Source: Macrostomum lignano
Taxonomy: Eukaryota
Assembly: GCA_002269645.1 (NCBI GenBank)
Contig: NIVC01000084.1
Coordinates: 62,001-126,000, forward strand
Reading direction: 5' to 3'
DNA: 64,000 nucleotides
Part shown: positions 60,800 to 64,000 of the stretch, piece after piece
How positions within the stretch are numbered: the first letter of the stretch is position 1
Layout of the letters: each line of letters begins with the position of its first letter
Translations under genes and position numbers: made by a program
Notes under the pieces: model-generated
Database searches by the model: none
What the model was told of the DNA's origin: nothing
The model's input: only the letters and a program-made list of their open reading frames with translations

Positions 60800-61005
60800 T
60801 AGACCTTAGGGTAGCGGACGAGCTGGCAGAGATTCTCGGGCCTGAAAACGTCGGAGAGGTCCGGGTTTGGGCCGAGATAGGTGAGCCTGTCCTGAGTGAA
60901 GGCGGGGCATTCACAGATAAAGCGCTCCGCATTCACGACACCGGAGAGACAAACAGGGCATTCTTCCCTGGAAAATGATCCGAGAGGGCCATGGTCACCG
61001 CCCTG
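60800..61005 (-). mobile_element. 3' fragment of a non-LTR retrotransposon ORF2 (R1/I/Loa-type C-terminal zinc knuckle)
   Basis: DHGPLGSF...EECPVCLSGVVNAERFICECPAFTQDRLTYLG...LVRY resembles the TGH...CxxC...H...CPAF..R motif (His replaced by Arg). Confidence 0.6.
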
Positions 61006-61844
61006 CTGTCCCTGGGGTCGAGTCCAAGCAGGGCCCTGCGGAGGGCGCGGGGACTCCATAAATTCCCTTATCTGTCTGTCTATCCTCCCTCAGCCTGCTC
61101 TTGCTCATTTCTGCACTCTACCGGTATGCTAGCTGGCCTGTTCAAGTGCTAATTCTGTTATTCTTTGTTAAAATGGTAGTTAATGTTCTGTTTGATTGTA
61201 TTCCACACGTTTATTTATAGTCAGTTTTGTTACTATAGCATACTGTACGGCTGTCACTTAAATTTTATCATAATGATTTTTATAAACTACTATTCTTAGC
61301 TTTTGTATATATATAAATATTACTGCTGTATTTAGATTGCAGTTTTATATCGTCATAAAATATGAGTGCAATTTTTTTCTGTACGATAACCGCGTGCCTC
61401 TTAAATATGTGTCCGCTCTCTGTCATTAGTACATGCTATATAGCTGCTTGCATTTTGTTATTAGTGTGTTTTGCTTCTGTCTGTCATGCTCCTTTATCAG
61501 TATTTTGTATCTTCCTCAGCGATGTAGTTCTGGCTGGGCTAATTCTGTTAAACCTGTAAATTGCCGAATAAAAAAGCTACTCACAGTAGTATGATAAGTC
61601 TCGCTTCTAAATAGTTTCCTGTTTTGTTTTGCTGTTAAATTGTGTGAGTAGTTTCACGAAATGAAGTTTTTTGATAATAAACTTTTCATTTATGAGAATT
61701 TCTGTCTGAAACCGCAGCTTTGTGCCACTGATAGTCTATAAGCAATAACTTATTTGTCCTATTTTATTTATTTAAATGTTTTTTTTCCGTTCTGTGTGGG
61801 AACTGTTGCTTAATTAGTATGTTCACCTGTTCGTTAAGTGTGTT

Positions 61845-62065
61845 CAGATGTTAGATTATGGTGTTGGGTGAGTTCAGATGTTAGATATGGTGTTTGGTGT
61901 GTTCAGATGTTAGATTATGGTGTTGGGTGAGTTCAGATGTTAGATATGGTGTTTGGTGTGTTCAGATGTTAGATTATGGTGTTGGGTGTGTTCAGATGTT
62001 AGATATGGTGTTGGGTTTTTCCAAATGTTAGATATGGTGTTGGGTTTTTTCAGATTTTAGATATG
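61845..62065. repeat. 29-30 bp tandem repeat (GTTCAGATGTTAGATATGGTGTTGGGTGT)
   Basis: About 7 copies. Confidence 0.9.
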
Positions 62066-62949
62066 GTCTGTTAAAGCGGATGACTGTTTAGAACAAAAAA
62101 ACAAGAAAAAAGGTCGGATTCTTAGAAGTATTTTTCTTGCCTTCAGCACTTCTGCGGTCTCGCGCAGACACAAAAAAACTTACTAAACACCAAAAACTCG
62201 CGCCTTTTAATTATTATTTAACGTGGGGTGGGGTTAGCAGAGAGGAGGGGTTGGCTCATGTACATTAAATACAGAAAAATATATGTACAGGTAAATAAGT
62301 AAAACCCCAAAAATATAACAAAAAATGAACCTCCCGAACATTCCTCCTTTCCTTTTTAGGGCCAATCAGCAATATTGCAGAAAAAATAGCTTCCCCGAAA
62401 CTTAGTACAGTTAATAAAAAATGTGCAATTCTAAAATTGAAACGGTTGCAAGCATGTGTTCAATTTGGAAAAAACAGTAAACTCCTGTAAACAAAAAATA
62501 GATAGCGCGAAAGCAGAAAGTAACAATACGAATGCATGCAATGCAAAGTTTCGATTGGGCTAAAAAATAGTTAAATATACGAGTATAAACCTTACTTCAA
62601 TCGCTAGCCAACTCAAAACCTCTCTACTAAGAAACGAACGCAGAGACTGCTCAAATGATAATTAGCGAAACAACTCGGGATGGAAAATGTCTCGAAAACT
62701 TAGAAATCTCAACTGTAAACATATGAAAAAATGTTTAAAGCTCAAGATTAGCCAAAAATACTCGCATTCAAACAAGCAACAAGTATTTTTACTCAAAATA
62801 AAGAAAACACAAAATACGCAAAAATAAGCAATCCATCACCACTTCAGCTATTAGATGCAACTAGGCGTAAAAAACGGCATCCTTGAAAAGTCTTGTTTAG
62901 CATCGAAAAGTCCATTTTAACAATAAGTCAGCAGTCACTGTTCACCTCG

Positions 62950-63400
62950 CTGCAGCAGGCACAACTTCGTCACGGGTCGTCACGTCCAGGAAATACCTCG
63001 AGAACTCGCCCGAGCGGCCAGTGTCCTCGAGGCGCATCGTAGCGCAAAGATGATGTCGCCGACGGCGAGATCCGGCTGCTCCTTGACTACTAGTCCTAGT
63101 AGTCCTTGCGTCGACCTCGAGGTCACCAAGTCGTCTCTCATCTAGCGGAAGTCGGCAGTTACTAATGAATCGATGAGCCCAAGCAGTCACGCTACGCAGC
63201 CTTCGGTAGCTCTAAAATCGCTCTGGATTCAAACGCCAGTCGTTTTCTTGACTGTGGTGTCGTTCGACAATAGAATTACGGCCGCCGATTTACTACTCTT
63301 GCTCACCTCTCGCCGAACTTCTTGAACTCCGTCAACCGATTTCGGAACTAGCCTTGCCGGCCAGCCATCCACATCTAGCAGCGGTAACTCTGAACCCGCG
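62950..63400 (-). mobile_element. Decayed BEL/Pao LTR-retrotransposon pol fragments
   Basis: LNPERF*SYRRLRSVTAWAHRFISNCR (post-RNase H motif) is joined to EQPDLAVGDII...DAPRGHWPLGRVLEVFPGRD (DUF5641-like C-terminus), with stops and frameshifts. Confidence 0.75.
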
Positions 63401-63409
63401 CTCCAGACC

Positions 63410-63957
63410 GCTGATTGGCAGAGGTCTTTGGCACCGTCCGCAGCAGCATCTCCTGCACCGGTAGCGGGCAGCAGGACTTGGAACGGATAATGTGGCCTGC
63501 CAGCTGAAGACGCCGATGGCGCAACAGTTCGCGGGGACGGGACAGGCCCGTGCGGCAATAGAATGCCGCATTGGGGACGTGTTCGCAGCTGAACTTGAAG
63601 GCGGCGCGCAGCAGGCCAGCGTGCGCCGCATCGATCTGCTGTTCGAGCAATTCCGTCAGCGTCCAGGTCTCCACGTTGTATAACAGGACGGTGTCGATCA
63701 CCGCCTGGAAAAGCGCCGCCCTTTGGCGGTCAGGCACGGCAGTCAAACTGCTGCAGAGTTGGCTATAACAGTGTCGCACATTCCGCCGCCTTTGCTTGCA
63801 ACCCACAAAAGTTGCAAAGCAACGTACAGTTTTCCCAGGGCGACCACTGTGTCACGCTGCGCCGTTGCCTCTACCTGCGCCGAGAGCTGCTCGAAGAAGA
63901 CTTGAGCCTCCTCCGGTCGGGTGGCAGGAGGCGCGTACAAGCAGAACAAGCGCGAAG
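63410..63957 (-). mobile_element. Internally deleted RTE-type LINE fragment
   Basis: The APE endonuclease piece CLYAPPATRPEEAQVFFEQLS...RDTVVALG lies directly before the post-RT region VLLYNVETWTLT...RRLQLAGHIIR. The RT core is absent. Confidence 0.75.
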
Positions 63958-63965
63958 CCAGACGT

Positions 63966-64000
63966 TGACCAGCTGGGTGAGCTGAAGCAATGCAGAGTTA
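63966..64000 (-). mobile_element. SINE family 1 CORE-like fragment (runs off the window end)
   Basis: Reverse complement TAACTCTGCATTGCTTCAGCTCACCCAGCTG matches the SINE1 core. Confidence 0.75.

Overview
This is eukaryotic (metazoan) genomic DNA, not prokaryotic. GC-rich spliced exons sit among AT-rich DNA and minisatellite-stuffed introns. The style suggests a free-living flatworm such as Macrostomum, but that is inference only. By hand-splicing GT-AG junctions I could build these genes: the 3' end of an unknown gene (1-704, +); a TMEM74/neurensin-like two-TM gene (2984-3349, +); a 14-exon AMPA/kainate-type ionotropic glutamate receptor (10104-19337, +, ~908 aa); an orphan Cys/Pro-rich ORF (21634-22041, +); a 9-exon SLC6 amino-acid (glycine/proline-type) transporter (26320-22783, -, ~642 aa); a single-exon C-type lectin + PAN/apple protein (30220-30975, +); a 5-exon NMNAT with a long C-terminal tail (43037-49283, +); and a compact 3-exon ASPP-family gene (54294-60565, +). 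Mobile DNA includes two tRNA-derived SINE families (one with a CORE-like domain), two foldback elements with 9-bp TSDs and internal tandem arrays, an 8-bp-TSD MITE, a long-arm foldback MITE, and decayed Tc1/mariner, THAP-P-element, R1/I-type LINE, RTE and BEL/Pao fragments. About 15 mini/microsatellite arrays are also present. The most interesting signals are three: (i) foldback transposons that share termini but carry different satellite payloads; (ii) tandem 5' splice sites in NMNAT predicted to switch its C-terminal tail on or off; (iii) ~59 copies of an AG|GT acceptor-donor motif filling that same intron. No CRISPR, rRNA or convincing tRNA gene was found.
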